Sequence record: SRR31156797_6573
DNA length: 64,000 nt
Strand: one strand, 5' to 3'
Below the pieces are notes generated by a model that did not search any database, had not been told where the DNA came from, and saw nothing but the letters and a program-made list of their open reading frames with translations. This document shows positions 47,853 through 59,638 of this stretch, piece after piece. A program made the translations under genes and the position numbers. Position 1 is the first letter of the stretch. The number at the start of each line of letters is the position of its first letter.

Positions 47853-48995
47853 ATGAAGTTTCTCCATACTTCCGATTGGCATCTAGGCCGTCAGTTTCAC
47901 AATGTGTCATTGCTTGAAGATCAAAGACACGTACTTATCCAACTTATTGACTACATCAAAATGAATTCCGTCGATGCGGTGGTATTGGCCGGTGATGTGT
48001 ACGATCGCTCTGTACCGCCTACGCTTGCCATTGAGTTACTTGATGAAGTTGTGGAGCAGATATGTGGTGAATTGGGTGTTCCACTGATTGTTATCCCTGG
48101 TAATCATGACGGAGCCAAGCGGCTTGGTTTTGCTGCCAAGCAAATGAAACAGTCAGGGTTGCATATTATTGCTGACTTTGAACATATGCTGGATCCTGTA
48201 GTTCTTAATACAGCGCAAGCTGGCGAGGTCGCGTTTTATGGTATGCCATATAACGACCCGGAGCTTGTGCGCCATCATTATCAAGTATCAGTAAGCACTC
48301 ACGATGAAGCGCATCAGCATCTGTGTGAGCTAATTACGGCGCAATTCCAATCATCTCAACGCAATGTGCTTATCAGCCATTGTTTTGTTGATGGAGCAAT
48401 AGAATCTGAGTCTGAACGTCCTCTCTCTATCGGTGGTTCTGATCGTGTGAGTCATGAACACTTTTTGCCTTTTGATTACGTAGCGCTTGGACACCTGCAT
48501 CAGCCACAAAAGAAGGGCGAAGAGTTTATTCGTTATTCAGGCTCAATAATGAAATACAGCTTTAGTGAGCAGCATCATAAAAAAGCGATGACTCTTGTTG
48601 ATCTAAACGACCAAGGCTTTATTTCTGCAACGCAAATACCGCTAGAAGCTCCACACAATATGAGAATTGTGGAAGGTGAGTTAGACCAAATCATAGAGCA
48701 GGGTAAAACTGACCCGAACAGCCATGATTACTTGCTCGTTAGACTTCAGGATAAACACGCCATTTTAGACCCAATGGAAAAACTGCGTAAGGTTTATCCC
48801 AATGTACTGCATTTGGAAAAGCCGGGAATGTTAATTGGTGTTGATCAGGAGATGGGTAAGGCGCGTTTAGCCAGAGGTGAAATGGATATGTTTAAAGATT
48901 TCTTCCAAGAAGCCAAGATGGAAGCGTTAACCGACGAACAAGAACAGGCGGTGAGTGCAGTGATCCAGTCTTTGAAGCATAAGGAAGAGAACTAA
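47853..48995 (+). CDS. sbcD: Exonuclease SbcCD subunit D
   Basis: HTSDWHLG, AGDVYD, GNHD, ALGHLH, RYSGS. Confidence 0.95.
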   Translation: MKFLHTSDWHLGRQFHNVSLLEDQRHVLIQLIDYIKMNSVDAVVLAGDVYDRSVPPTLAIELLDEVVEQICGELGVPLIVIPGNHDGAKRLGFAAKQMKQSGLHIIADFEHMLDPVVLNTAQAGEVAFYGMPYNDPELVRHHYQVSVSTHDEAHQHLCELITAQFQSSQRNVLISHCFVDGAIESESERPLSIGGSDRVSHEHFLPFDYVALGHLHQPQKKGEEFIRYSGSIMKYSFSEQHHKKAMTLVDLNDQGFISATQIPLEAPHNMRIVEGELDQIIEQGKTDPNSHDYLLVRLQDKHAILDPMEKLRKVYPNVLHLEKPGMLIGVDQEMGKARLARGEMDMFKDFFQEAKMEALTDEQEQAVSAVIQSLKHKEEN

Positions 48996-48996
48996 G

Positions 48997-51900
48997 ATGC
49001 GTCCTATTCGATTATCGATTCAAGCGTTTGGCCCTTTTGCGACGAAAGAAGTGGTGGATTTTACTTGTTTGGGTTCTTCTCCCCTGTTTTTGATTAATGG
49101 CCCAACAGGAGCTGGTAAAAGTTCTATCCTCGATGCGATCTGTTTTGCCCTTTATGGTGAAACCACGGGCAGCGAGCGTACCGGCGATCAAATGCGTTGT
49201 GACTATGCAGATGCAGAGTTGCTGACAGAGATCGAGTTTGAGTTTGAGCTCTCAGGTAAAACTTACCTTGTTACACGTAGTCCAGATCAGGAAGTACCGA
49301 AGAAACGTGGTGAAGGCACTACCAAGAAAACCCATGCAGCAACGCTGGTGGAACTAATTGATGGTGAAGAAAAACTGCTGGCAAACAGGCCCAACCCTGT
49401 AGCAAAAGCGATGGTTGAACTGATTGGTTTGGATGTTAAACAGTTCCGTCAGGTAATGGTGATCCCACAAGGAAAGTTCCGTGAACTTTTGGTTGCTAAC
49501 TCAAAAGAGCGTGAGCAGATCTTTGGTCAATTGTTTCAAACTCAGATATATACCCAAATTGAGCGTGCGCTGTTTGAAAAAGCAGCTGGAATCCGAAAAG
49601 AAAAAGACGAGTTTGATAACCAAATCAAAGGTGCTTTGAATGTTGTTTCTGTGACTACGGAAGAAGAACTTCATTTAGAGCAGGAAAAACTACAACCTGA
49701 ACTTAAAGAGAGTGAGCAGACCTATCAATCACTTCAACAGTCTCTTGAACAAGTGAAAAAGCAACACAGTTTAGCAGTTGAGTTAAAACAGAAGTTCGCC
49801 AAACAGGCAGAAATAGAGAAAGCGTATTCGGAACATCAGGCTCAACTTCCAAATATCGAACTACTGAGGCAAAAACGCGCGAATGCTCGTCAGGCATCGG
49901 TTCTAGATCTACCGTTTAATCAGCTTTCCAGTGCCAATAAGCATGTGGAACAGGTTAACCAAGCAGTGCAAGAGAAGCAGGCTTTAGTTGCTAAAACTAA
50001 GGTTCAGGTCGCTGAGCTAGAAAATAACTGTAAGCAATCGGTGACTAATGCTCAAGCGGTACCTGAGCTGACACAAAAGCTTTATCTGATTGAAGAAACC
50101 GGTAAGAAATACCGCGCCTTGGATGATAAACAAAAGGCACTAGACATCGCCAAGCAAGCCTTCGGCAAAGCAAAGACAAATGAAGAGCAGTTAGAAAAGC
50201 AGCTTAAGATTTTGGAAGCCGATATTCAGGTGAAGCGAGTTGATTATGAGAAAACAACTCAGGCAGTATCAACTCTGGAAGCAAAAAAGCTCTCTCTGAA
50301 TAATATCAATGAACAGATAAAAATCAGACAAAATAGTGCTCTGCTGATGGATCAGCAAGAGAAGATTAAGCGTCAACTCGTCCTGGTTGAAAAAGAGTAT
50401 TCCGATGCACAAGCTGCGACCATTAAAGCTAAGCTGGATGCCGATAAATTAGAGTATATATGGCATACCAATCAGGCAGCTGAGTTAGCGAAGTCACTCA
50501 ATTCAGGTGACGCTTGTCCTGTGTGCGGAAGCTTAGATCATCCTCAGTTAGCCAGTTTCACTGGCGATGTTGTCACTCGGGCTGATGTGAAAGCCGCGCG
50601 CGATGTTCAGCAAAATTATGCGACGAAAGAACTTCAAGCGATGAAAGCTCAGCAAGCTACGGATTCGCAACTACAACAGGTAGAGCGAGAGTTGAAGCAA
50701 CATTTTGAACGTATCGCGGAACAAGCTATTGATGAGTTGGTAAACCTAGAACAGGTTAAATCTAGTTTAGACCAAGAGATTCAAACGTTAGCTGCAATGC
50801 AGCCGCTTGTTTTGAAGCAACAGCTTGAAGAGTTGGAAAGTCGACTACTTAAGAATAAAGCAAATCTGGAAGCCAGCATTGCGTTGACGGCTGAAAGTAA
50901 ACAAGCCTTAACGGTGTTGGATACTGAGGTATCTACTTTAATAAGTGGTATTTCTGAAGAATTTGCCAATGTTGAGCAAGTCAGAGAGAAGTACGTTCAG
51001 ATTAAAAATCAGATTGAAGGTTTGCAAAAAGCTGAACAACTGGCTCAACAACAGTTTGCCGAGGTGCAAAAGCAATTCTCAGCAGCAGAGTCATCGCTCA
51101 ATGATGCATTGAAGCATCAGAGTCAATGGGTAGAAGAGCAAAAGTCAGCGGCTAAATCATGGGCTGAGGCATTAGAACAAAGTGCATTTGATACAGAGCA
51201 AAACTACTTAGAATCTAAGCTACCGGAGTCTTCAATTACGGAATTAGAAGCAACGATCCGTCAATACGAAGATAAAAGTGCAACACTGAAAACTCAGCTC
51301 GAATCCATAACTATTGAACTGAAAGACCAACAATTACCTGAGATTGAACCATTAGCCCAGGCTGTTAATGACAAGCAACAAGAAGTTGCTCAAGCGTTTC
51401 AAAGTTATACTCAGCTTCGTTCGAGAATGGACAGCCTGAATCAGGTTCAGCAAAAGCTGAAGAGTCTCTATGAAAAGAACGCCGAGTTAGAAAAAGCGTA
51501 TCAAGTATTCGGAACCTTGAGTGATATTGCCAATGGCCGTACAGGCGCGAAAGTAAGTTTACACCGCTTTGTATTAGGGGTACTGCTTGATGACGTGTTG
51601 ATTCAGGCTTCCCAACGATTACAACTGATGAGCAAAGGTCGTTACCTGCTTAAGCGTAAAGAAGAGCGAGCGAAAGGGAATGCAGGCTCAGGCCTAGAAC
51701 TGATGGTTGAAGATGGCTATACCGGTAAGTGGCGCGACGTAGCTACGTTATCCGGCGGTGAATCCTTTATGGCAGCTTTGTCTCTGGCTCTTGGTTTGTC
51801 GGACGTGGTGCAGTCGTACAGTGGTGGTATTCGACTCGATACACTGTTTATCGATGAAGGTTTTGGCAGCTTAGACCCTGAATCTTTGGATCTGGCTATT

Positions 51901-52038
51901 CAAACATTGATTGATTTGCAGCAAGGAGGCCGAACTATTGGCATTATTTCTCATGTTAGCGAGTTGAAGGAACAGATAGCACTAAGGTTGGATGTTGAGT
52001 CAGCGAGAACGGGAAGTTCGATTAAGCTGGTGGCCTAA
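48997..52038 (+). CDS. sbcC: Exonuclease SbcCD subunit C (SMC-like)
   Basis: GPTGAGKS, CPVCGS zinc hook, LSGGE, IDEGFGSLD. Confidence 0.95.
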   Translation: MRPIRLSIQAFGPFATKEVVDFTCLGSSPLFLINGPTGAGKSSILDAICFALYGETTGSERTGDQMRCDYADAELLTEIEFEFELSGKTYLVTRSPDQEVPKKRGEGTTKKTHAATLVELIDGEEKLLANRPNPVAKAMVELIGLDVKQFRQVMVIPQGKFRELLVANSKEREQIFGQLFQTQIYTQIERALFEKAAGIRKEKDEFDNQIKGALNVVSVTTEEELHLEQEKLQPELKESEQTYQSLQQSLEQVKKQHSLAVELKQKFAKQAEIEKAYSEHQAQLPNIELLRQKRANARQASVLDLPFNQLSSANKHVEQVNQAVQEKQALVAKTKVQVAELENNCKQSVTNAQAVPELTQKLYLIEETGKKYRALDDKQKALDIAKQAFGKAKTNEEQLEKQLKILEADIQVKRVDYEKTTQAVSTLEAKKLSLNNINEQIKIRQNSALLMDQQEKIKRQLVLVEKEYSDAQAATIKAKLDADKLEYIWHTNQAAELAKSLNSGDACPVCGSLDHPQLASFTGDVVTRADVKAARDVQQNYATKELQAMKAQQATDSQLQQVERELKQHFERIAEQAIDELVNLEQVKSSLDQEIQTLAAMQPLVLKQQLEELESRLLKNKANLEASIALTAESKQALTVLDTEVSTLISGISEEFANVEQVREKYVQIKNQIEGLQKAEQLAQQQFAEVQKQFSAAESSLNDALKHQSQWVEEQKSAAKSWAEALEQSAFDTEQNYLESKLPESSITELEATIRQYEDKSATLKTQLESITIELKDQQLPEIEPLAQAVNDKQQEVAQAFQSYTQLRSRMDSLNQVQQKLKSLYEKNAELEKAYQVFGTLSDIANGRTGAKVSLHRFVLGVLLDDVLIQASQRLQLMSKGRYLLKRKEERAKGNAGSGLELMVEDGYTGKWRDVATLSGGESFMAALSLALGLSDVVQSYSGGIRLDTLFIDEGFGSLDPESLDLAIQTLIDLQQGGRTIGIISHVSELKEQIALRLDVESARTGSSIKLVA

Positions 52039-52221
52039 TATCGAATTAGATTATGAAGGGGTGAGGTAACGGTCGTTTCTCATCCATTTAGATTAAAACA
52101 CGTCTTAACCATTAATTGATATAGGCCTCAGATTAGAGTAGTACAGTGAGATATTCATCGCGTGTAAATACTCAAAATTGTCTATGCTTATATAGAGAGC
52201 AACTACAGATACTAGCCTGAC

Positions 52222-54735
52222 ATGACGCAACTGAATGATCGAAAATTGCTGAATATTATTCGCTACGCGCCTGTGGTGCTGATTAGTATTTTCGCTATCG
52301 TCGTCAACATCATCTTAATTCAAAACAACCGTATTGAATCTGCTGAAAAGGTCGAGTTTATTCGTGAGAATTTAATCGCCCAACAAAAGCAAATCGTTCA
52401 AGAGCAGATTAAACAAGTCGCTTCACAAATTGAGGGGCAAAAACAGCTTACTGAGGACACGTTAAAGCAACAATTAATCGGCAGAGTGAATGAAGCTTAC
52501 AATATTGCTTCAAATATCTATGGCAAGTTCTCAGATAAATCCAAACCAGAATTAACTAGCATTATTGTTGAGGCTTTACGACCGATTCGTTTCAATGATG
52601 GTCGAGGATACTTGTTTATCTATGATAAGGATGGGGTAAATGTTCTTCATGGATTATTCCCAAGCCTAGAAGGGCAATCAGTATGGAACACAAGAGATGT
52701 TCGAGGAAAGTTAATTGTTCAGGAGCATATCGCTAAAATTGATGCGTCCGGCGGGGAGGCATTTTATCGTTGGTGGTATAAACGACCGAATTCTGGCACC
52801 GACAAAGATTTTGAAAAAATCGGTTTTGGTAAATATTTTGAGCCGCTTGGTTGGTACATAGGTACAGGTGACTATGTCGCCGATATGGAAAAGGATATCC
52901 AGAAACAAGTACTAAAGTTGCTTGATCAATGGCGATACGGTGAAAATGATTACATATTTGCCATCGATAAAAACCAAAAAATTATTTCTCATCCTGAGCC
53001 TTCGATGAAGGGGCATTTGATCAATGAAGAGCTCGCTTCTCAGTTATCGGATTATTTAGAGAATCCAGACGTTACTGGCCGTTTTACCAGCTATATGGCG
53101 AGCTATATGCCAGGAAGTGTCATTGGAGGAGAGAAGATCAGTTACCTGCAGTTTATTGAGGGGTGGGACTGGGTAATTGGCACAGGTTTTTATGTAGAAC
53201 GTTTCGAAGCTTATCTTGATAAAAACGTTCAAGCTCTTGAAGAAAGTAACCGCGAAGAGTTGAGATTAGTTTCTCTTGCTAGCATCATTTCTACTCTGAT
53301 TATTGTCGGTTTATCGCTGAGACTTGGCAGTGTGATTGGTGGTCGCTTCAATCGATTTCAGGACCGTATTAACAAAGATTTCCATGAGCTGACTCAGGTT
53401 CGGGATAAGCTCCGCTATCTCGCTGAACACGATGCTTTAACAGAGCTCCCCAACCGACTAGTGTTGACGGGGTTAATTCATACAGGAATCGACTATGCAC
53501 ACAAGAATGATCGTTGTGGTGCTGTGATGTTGCTTGACCTGGATGATTTTAAAAAGATCAATGACCTGCATGGACATTCATCGGGGGACCAGCTGTTAAG
53601 CATTATCAGTCGTAAATTTGAAACCTTGCTAGGGTCTCACGATACGGTTTCTCGATTTGGTGGTGATGAGTTTATTTTTTGCTTTCCAGATCTGGCAGAT
53701 CAAAATGAGGCTCGTCAAAAAGTTGAGAAGATTCGTCAGGTGTTTTCTGACAAGTTCATTATTGACGGAAAAGTAATGACCACCGATTGCAGTATCGGTG
53801 TGAGTATGTTCCCGAATGATGATAACGAACCTGAAGCATTGATTCGAAAAGCAGACATTGTGTTGTACAAGTCAAAGGCCCTTAAAAAAGGGCATTCAAT
53901 GTTTTATAGTCATGATATCAATGAAGAAATCCAAATGGATTACATGATTGAGGAAGCGCTGCAAACGGCATTGAAAGTCAATGAAATTAGTGTCTTGTAT
54001 CAGCCGCAAATCAATGTCAAAACGGGTCAACCCTACGGTGTTGAGGCTTTGGCTCGCTGGACAAGTGCTAAGTTAGGCGTTATTTCTCCAGCTAAATTTA
54101 TCTCTGTTGCTGAAGAGATAGGCTTGATTTATGACATCGGTTTGTTCGTATTCCGCAAAGCCTGTGAAGATATCTATTCAGTGTCGCCAAACGGTAATGA
54201 TGCTTTGTGTGTTTCTATCAATATTTCGCCGAAACAATTAATGGAGTGGGACTTCACCAAATCGCTGCTTGATATCGTTGATGATATAGGGATAGACGTT
54301 AATCGCATAACATTAGAAATCACAGAGAATGTGTTACTTGAGGATCTGGATACTGTATCTGAGCGTCTCAATGAGATGCGCGGCCACGGGTTTGGCGTCT
54401 CTTTGGATGACTTTGGTACCGGCTACTCTTCACTCAGTTATTTAAACAATCTACCGATAACAGAAATCAAAATTGATCGCTCGTTTGTAGACAAAATGCT
54501 CTACAGTTCGCAAACGACTACCTTGGTTAAGTCGATCATTGCCATTGGCGTTTCCAGTCAAATGAAGGTGGTCGCTGAAGGCGTTGAAACGAGTGAACAA
54601 CTGAAAGCACTCTCTGGGTATGGTTGTGACGTGGTTCAGGGGTACTATTTTGATCCCCCATTAGCCGTTGAGGTTTTAAAGGAGAAATATCTATATTGCT
54701 CACTATCAGCTCAATCTAATTTAGATCATAGCTAA
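52222..54735 (+). CDS. Cache-domain GGDEF-EAL c-di-GMP enzyme
   Basis: Two TM segments, Cache region, GGDEF, EAL, DDFGTGYSS. Confidence 0.92.
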   Translation: MTQLNDRKLLNIIRYAPVVLISIFAIVVNIILIQNNRIESAEKVEFIRENLIAQQKQIVQEQIKQVASQIEGQKQLTEDTLKQQLIGRVNEAYNIASNIYGKFSDKSKPELTSIIVEALRPIRFNDGRGYLFIYDKDGVNVLHGLFPSLEGQSVWNTRDVRGKLIVQEHIAKIDASGGEAFYRWWYKRPNSGTDKDFEKIGFGKYFEPLGWYIGTGDYVADMEKDIQKQVLKLLDQWRYGENDYIFAIDKNQKIISHPEPSMKGHLINEELASQLSDYLENPDVTGRFTSYMASYMPGSVIGGEKISYLQFIEGWDWVIGTGFYVERFEAYLDKNVQALEESNREELRLVSLASIISTLIIVGLSLRLGSVIGGRFNRFQDRINKDFHELTQVRDKLRYLAEHDALTELPNRLVLTGLIHTGIDYAHKNDRCGAVMLLDLDDFKKINDLHGHSSGDQLLSIISRKFETLLGSHDTVSRFGGDEFIFCFPDLADQNEARQKVEKIRQVFSDKFIIDGKVMTTDCSIGVSMFPNDDNEPEALIRKADIVLYKSKALKKGHSMFYSHDINEEIQMDYMIEEALQTALKVNEISVLYQPQINVKTGQPYGVEALARWTSAKLGVISPAKFISVAEEIGLIYDIGLFVFRKACEDIYSVSPNGNDALCVSINISPKQLMEWDFTKSLLDIVDDIGIDVNRITLEITENVLLEDLDTVSERLNEMRGHGFGVSLDDFGTGYSSLSYLNNLPITEIKIDRSFVDKMLYSSQTTTLVKSIIAIGVSSQMKVVAEGVETSEQLKALSGYGCDVVQGYYFDPPLAVEVLKEKYLYCSLSAQSNLDHS

Positions 54736-54809
54736 ACCTCAAACGAAGTTTGATATCTTGAGTAAAATCGAGAATACTGCACAGCCCTATCATTGTTTTA
54801 ATACTCATT

Positions 54810-55223
54810 ATGCTGAAAATCTCCAACACTGTAGAGCTTGCTGATTGGGAAATAGAGCTTTCTGCGATTCGCTCAATGGGCAGTGGAGGGCAGAATGTCA
54901 ATAAAGTATCGAGTGCGATTCACCTACGTTTTGACATCAAGCGTTCAACCTTACCAGCAATCTATAAAGAAAAGCTTCTTGCGCTTTCTGATTCTCGAAT
55001 CAGTAAAGAGGGCGTTATCATCATCAAAGCGCAAAGTTTTCGAACCCAAGAGCAAAATAAGGAAGATGCGTTAAACCGCCTTAAAGAATTGATTACTTCA
55101 GCAATGGTGGTTGTTAAGAAACGTCGTCCAACTAAACCGACTAAAGCGTCTCAACGCAGACGTGTCGAAGCGAAAAAACGCAACGGGGCAAATAAGTCTC
55201 TGAGAGGTAAAGTGTCGTTTTAA
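54810..55223 (+). CDS. arfB: Alternative ribosome rescue factor B
   Basis: GGQNVNK, RTQEQNK, basic tail. Confidence 0.95.
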   Translation: MLKISNTVELADWEIELSAIRSMGSGGQNVNKVSSAIHLRFDIKRSTLPAIYKEKLLALSDSRISKEGVIIIKAQSFRTQEQNKEDALNRLKELITSAMVVVKKRRPTKPTKASQRRRVEAKKRNGANKSLRGKVSF

Positions 55224-55333
55224 GCTTTTGAGTCTAAAGGGTAAATGATCTTTAGAATATGCGAACTTGGTGGCACCTTTTTTTTGACAAAAAGCTATGA
55301 TTTTAGCAGTCATATAGACATAAGGGCATAGCG

Positions 55334-55771
55334 ATGACATACCAGCATATTTTAGTTGCACTTGAGTTAACTGAAGAGAACAAAGTCTTAATTAACAAAG
55401 CGGTTGCTATGGCGAATACATTTGGCGCCGATGTCTCTTTTATTCATGTCGATGGGGCGGTAGGGGAGATATACCCAGAGCTGTTAGATATTCAGCAACA
55501 CCCTGACCAAAAGCCGTTAAATCAGCATGGCAACGACCTACTTCATCAATTCCAAAACTACGTGAGTGACACCTATCCTGATTTCTCAGTTAAGCACTTT
55601 TGGGTGGGTACAGGTAACTTAGGCTCGAAACTCAAAATAATGATTGAAGAACACGACTACGATTTGTTGATTTGTGGTCACCATCATGACTTCTGGAACA
55701 ATCTCGTCTCTTACTCTAGAGATCTGATTAATAAGTCGTCGGTCGATATTTTGGTTGTCCCTATTAAATAA
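55334..55771 (+). CDS. Universal stress protein (UspA family)
   Basis: YQHILVA, DLLICGHH, DILVVP. Confidence 0.9.
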   Translation: MTYQHILVALELTEENKVLINKAVAMANTFGADVSFIHVDGAVGEIYPELLDIQQHPDQKPLNQHGNDLLHQFQNYVSDTYPDFSVKHFWVGTGNLGSKLKIMIEEHDYDLLICGHHHDFWNNLVSYSRDLINKSSVDILVVPIK

Positions 55772-55789
55772 GGTTATGTCGATTCAGAC

Positions 55790-55823
55790 AAAAAGAGTGT
55801 GGCTTATCAACCACACTCTTTTT
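55790..55823. terminator. Bidirectional terminator
   Basis: AAAAAGAGTGTGG...CCACACTCTTTTT between convergent genes. Confidence 0.85.
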
Positions 55824-55825
55824 AT

Positions 55826-57295
55826 TTATGCTGATTGCGCAGGCTTTCTATTGCGCTGATTGGGGCGTTTATTACCGCTTGGTTTATTATTACCACTTGG
55901 TTTAGCGCCGCCTTGCTTATTCGCCGACGGCTTTGAAGACGGGTGCGACTTACCTTTGTCTTGAGGCTTTTTACCGTCAGTACCCGTTTTTTGAGCGTTT
56001 GTTTTTGGGCCATTACCAAAGCGGCGTTTCGGTTTGCTGTTTGCCTTTTGCTCTTCCTTTGCAGCTGAACTCTCTTCCGCTTGTGGCGCTTTAGGTTTTT
56101 TCGGTTTCTTTGGTTTTTTCGGTTTAATCGGACGCGTATTTAAAACAGACTCTGGCACTTTATTGGTCGGTGCAAAGCCTTGTAGTTCCATTCTTGGTAA
56201 GAGCTGTTGAATCAAACGTTCGATAGCAAACAGCTCTGGAGCTTCAATTGCAGAGACCAGCGTGATTGCTTTGCCGACTTCACCCGCGCGGCCTGTTCGT
56301 CCGATACGGTGGACATAATCTTCAGCCACTTTTGGTAGTTCAAAGTTCACCACTTGAGGCAATTGAGGAATATCGATACCGCGAGCGGCGATGTCAGTGG
56401 CAACCAATACGCGAACCGCGCCTGATTTAAAATCGGCTAACGCTTTAGTTCTTGCGCTCTGGCTCTTGTTACCGTGAATTGGCGCGGCAGTAATACCTTG
56501 CTCATTTAAGAACGCCGATAGCTTATTTGCTCCGTGTTTGGTTTTACTAAAGACCAACACTTGCTGCCAGTCGCCATCTTTAATGAGCTTAACCAGCATT
56601 GGAGCTTTCTTTTTCACATCTGCAGGGTAGATACATTGTTCTACAGTTCTGGCCGTCGAGTTTGCTGGGTTGACCGAAATCTCAACAGGGTTGTTGACCA
56701 TGGTCTTTGCTAAAGCGCGGATTTCATCAGAGAAAGTCGCTGAGAATAGTAGATTCTGACGTTTCTTAGGCAGTAACTCTAAGATCTTACGGATATCGCG
56801 AATGAAGCCCATATCCAGCATGCGGTCTGCTTCGTCCAGTACCAGTACTTCTAGTTGATCAAACTTAACTGCGTTTTGGTTGTATAAATCGAGCAATCGG
56901 CCAGGAGTCGCAACTAACACGTCCGCACCTTTGCGCAGTCGCAACATTTGAGGGTTGATTTTTACGCCACCAAATACCACCGCACTGGATAATCGCATAT
57001 GGCGACTATAGGTAACGACGTTTTCTTCTACTTGTGCTGCAAGTTCGCGCGTTGGCGTTAGAACTAAAGCGCGGACCTGATTACCACGAACTTTAGGGCC
57101 TTGCGATAAACGCTCAAGAATAGGCAATGTAAAGCCTGCGGTTTTACCTGTTCCCGTTTGCGCTGCTGCCATAACATCTTTGCCTTCTAATACAGCAGGG
57201 ATTGCTTGAAGCTGTATTGGTGATGGTGTGGAATATCCTTTTTCTTGGATAGCTTTCAGGATTGGAGCAGACAGACCTAACGAGGTAAAACCCAT
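55826..57295 (-). CDS. DEAD-box RNA helicase (RhlE-like)
   Basis: [29 protein letters not shown]. Confidence 0.95.
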   Translation of the reverse strand: MGFTSLGLSAPILKAIQEKGYSTPSPIQLQAIPAVLEGKDVMAAAQTGTGKTAGFTLPILERLSQGPKVRGNQVRALVLTPTRELAAQVEENVVTYSRHMRLSSAVVFGGVKINPQMLRLRKGADVLVATPGRLLDLYNQNAVKFDQLEVLVLDEADRMLDMGFIRDIRKILELLPKKRQNLLFSATFSDEIRALAKTMVNNPVEISVNPANSTARTVEQCIYPADVKKKAPMLVKLIKDGDWQQVLVFSKTKHGANKLSAFLNEQGITAAPIHGNKSQSARTKALADFKSGAVRVLVATDIAARGIDIPQLPQVVNFELPKVAEDYVHRIGRTGRAGEVGKAITLVSAIEAPELFAIERLIQQLLPRMELQGFAPTNKVPESVLNTRPIKPKKPKKPKKPKAPQAEESSAAKEEQKANSKPKRRFGNGPKTNAQKTGTDGKKPQDKGKSHPSSKPSANKQGGAKPSGNNKPSGNKRPNQRNRKPAQSA

Positions 57296-57540
57296 ATGTG
57301 ATTCTCAGTTGTTAACGTATAAGAGCAACACCTTTCGGATACGAATTGGTGTGCGAAAAGTGCGACATTCTGAGGCTTTCAACCCTTCCTAGCAACTTAT
57401 TATTTGCTTTTGTGGCATTTTAGTTAATTAAGTTTGCATATGATTGGTTATGTTTTGGGGTTAAATATTGCCCTTATCTATTGATCTAATTTAAAACTAT
57501 GGCAAGTTAGTTAAACAATACACTAAACGTATTAGATTGG

Positions 57541-58494
57541 ATGGACGAGCTCATAAAAAGAATTAGGCAGTTAGAGGATCAAGTTGAGCAGCTAACTCGC
57601 GAAAATCGACGCTTAGAAGAGAAATTAAATGTTGCCTTAGACGGAAATGGGCTCTGTCTTTGGGAGCAACATTTGCCTACCGGAAAACTCACAATATTCA
57701 ATATGGAGTGGGGCAAGATGCTCGGGTTCCAGCCTCATGAGCTTGAGGCGACGGTTGATATTTGGAAAAGTCGTTTACACCCAGAAGATTATGATTTGGC
57801 AGTAGGGGCGTTTGAAGACCATATCAACGGCAAAGTGGATACTTATCAGGTTGTCCATCGAATGATTCATAATGATGGCAGCAGTAGTTGGGTCTCTGAC
57901 CGTGGTCGTATCGTAGAGTACGATGAAGATGGTAAACCACTGCGTATGATGGGAACACATATCGATATCACCAACGAAAAACGTTATGAAATGGAGCTCG
58001 CTAAACTTGCAACGCTCGATCCATTAACGAATTTACTCAATCGAAAAGTATTGGTAGAAAAGTGCGATGAGCTGTTTACGAACACGGAACAATCATCGGC
58101 TTGTTTGGTTTTTATTGATCTTGATAATTTTAAAACCGTGAATGATCACCTCGGCCACAAAGCGGGTGATTCGGTGCTTATGAAAGTGGCGGATTGGCTT
58201 AGACAGTATGCGCCCAATGATTCTATTATTGCCCGTTTAGGCGGCGATGAATTTGTTTTGTTGTGTCTTGAGCAAAGCCAGCAAGAGATTACTGCGTTCA
58301 TCGATAAGGTGTTATCTGAGGTCAGTGAGCCAATGAGGTTGGATAATGGTTTAGCTGAAATCGGGCTCAGTATTGGGGTATGCGAATTTAACGCGGCGAA
58401 TTATCATTTTGAGACACTCTACGAGTTGGCGGACAGAGCCATGTATCAGGTCAAACGCAGTGGCAAAAATGGGGTGAAATTTGTCACTGCATAA
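57541..58494 (+). CDS. PAS-GGDEF diguanylate cyclase
   Basis: LHPED PAS motif, DLDNFK, RLGGDEF. Confidence 0.92.
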   Translation: MDELIKRIRQLEDQVEQLTRENRRLEEKLNVALDGNGLCLWEQHLPTGKLTIFNMEWGKMLGFQPHELEATVDIWKSRLHPEDYDLAVGAFEDHINGKVDTYQVVHRMIHNDGSSSWVSDRGRIVEYDEDGKPLRMMGTHIDITNEKRYEMELAKLATLDPLTNLLNRKVLVEKCDELFTNTEQSSACLVFIDLDNFKTVNDHLGHKAGDSVLMKVADWLRQYAPNDSIIARLGGDEFVLLCLEQSQQEITAFIDKVLSEVSEPMRLDNGLAEIGLSIGVCEFNAANYHFETLYELADRAMYQVKRSGKNGVKFVTA

Positions 58495-58500
58495 TCCAGC

Positions 58501-59475
58501 TTAATTTGCTTGACTGCTCTTATTCTGGTTTGGAAAAAACTCTGGCCAGTACATTCTCACGTAGCCAGCCGAAACCCAAACAACCAGCAGAGTTGCGATT
58601 GTGAGTTCCAAAAATCCAAAATTATGCAGCCAGTGCCAGTGAGGATGTTCTTCAGCAAAGAAACTGGTCAGCCTGTGCATCGCAATCGCACTGATAACCG
58701 AAGGGAAGGTAACAGCTGCAATAGAGGGTTGAAATCTCAGCCGTAGCAGACGGATATAGCAAAGGTAGATCAACAGTGTCATGGTGATCGCAGTTCCCGC
58801 TAATGCACCTGTCAGTATCGGATCTGGAGTGGGAAAGTTCACCAAATAAGTCGCAAGAGTTAAGTTAATTGGCGCTGCCATGATGGCAAGAGTGGGTCTT
58901 GACCGGCGTGGAAGCGTGCCAAAAAACACCAGCCGATATAATACGACCGGTAACATGATGAAATAGATGGCTACGCACACCTGCACTAAGGTTTCAGAAA
59001 ACAAGTTGTGGCCAAATTGAGTACCAGCCAAAGAGCTACTAATCACACCAACGGGATACAGAAACCAACTGGGCACAATACTCGCCATTTTAAAGTTTGT
59101 GAGTTGAAAGCTGAAGAACAGAACCATCATGGTTAGGTGTAAGAGTAACGATAATGCCCACAGAGGGTAGGCGATAAATGGGGAGATAATCGCTAAATAG
59201 TCACAAAGGATTAAAAGCGCCATACTCATTGGCGCCATTAAGCTTCCTGAGAGCGGGTGACGGATATCCGCCATAAACGTTTTATAACTGGTGAGGTAAC
59301 GAGCCAGAACGGGGATAAGAAGGATTGCGCCCGCCGCTGCAAGATAAGGACGAATAGCTTCCCCAATTATTGGAAAATATAGGGCCCATGCCTGGCCTAA
59401 GCCAATCATACCGAGAGCAAGGGCTGCTTGAGAGGGTGGGACGCTTTGTACTTGAAGAAACCTTTTCCAGTTCAA
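58501..59475 (-). CDS. TDT (SLAC1/TehA) family transporter
   Basis: Multiple TM helices, VPSWF, AIMAAP, AAVTFP. Confidence 0.85.
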   Translation of the reverse strand: MNWKRFLQVQSVPPSQAALALGMIGLGQAWALYFPIIGEAIRPYLAAAGAILLIPVLARYLTSYKTFMADIRHPLSGSLMAPMSMALLILCDYLAIISPFIAYPLWALSLLLHLTMMVLFFSFQLTNFKMASIVPSWFLYPVGVISSSLAGTQFGHNLFSETLVQVCVAIYFIMLPVVLYRLVFFGTLPRRSRPTLAIMAAPINLTLATYLVNFPTPDPILTGALAGTAITMTLLIYLCYIRLLRLRFQPSIAAVTFPSVISAIAMHRLTSFFAEEHPHWHWLHNFGFLELTIATLLVVWVSAGYVRMYWPEFFPNQNKSSQAN

Positions 59476-59638
59476 CGATGACTCCGTATCACGACGTTAA
59501 ACAGTGGTAAAAGGGAGCGAAAGTTGCCATTTAATCTGACATCGAGACCACTGTCTTAATGGCTGGCGATATTAACAAGTTTCCCGAACAGATGTATGAA
59601 AATATTCGTACAGTTGTCACAAATTACACAGCAAGTCG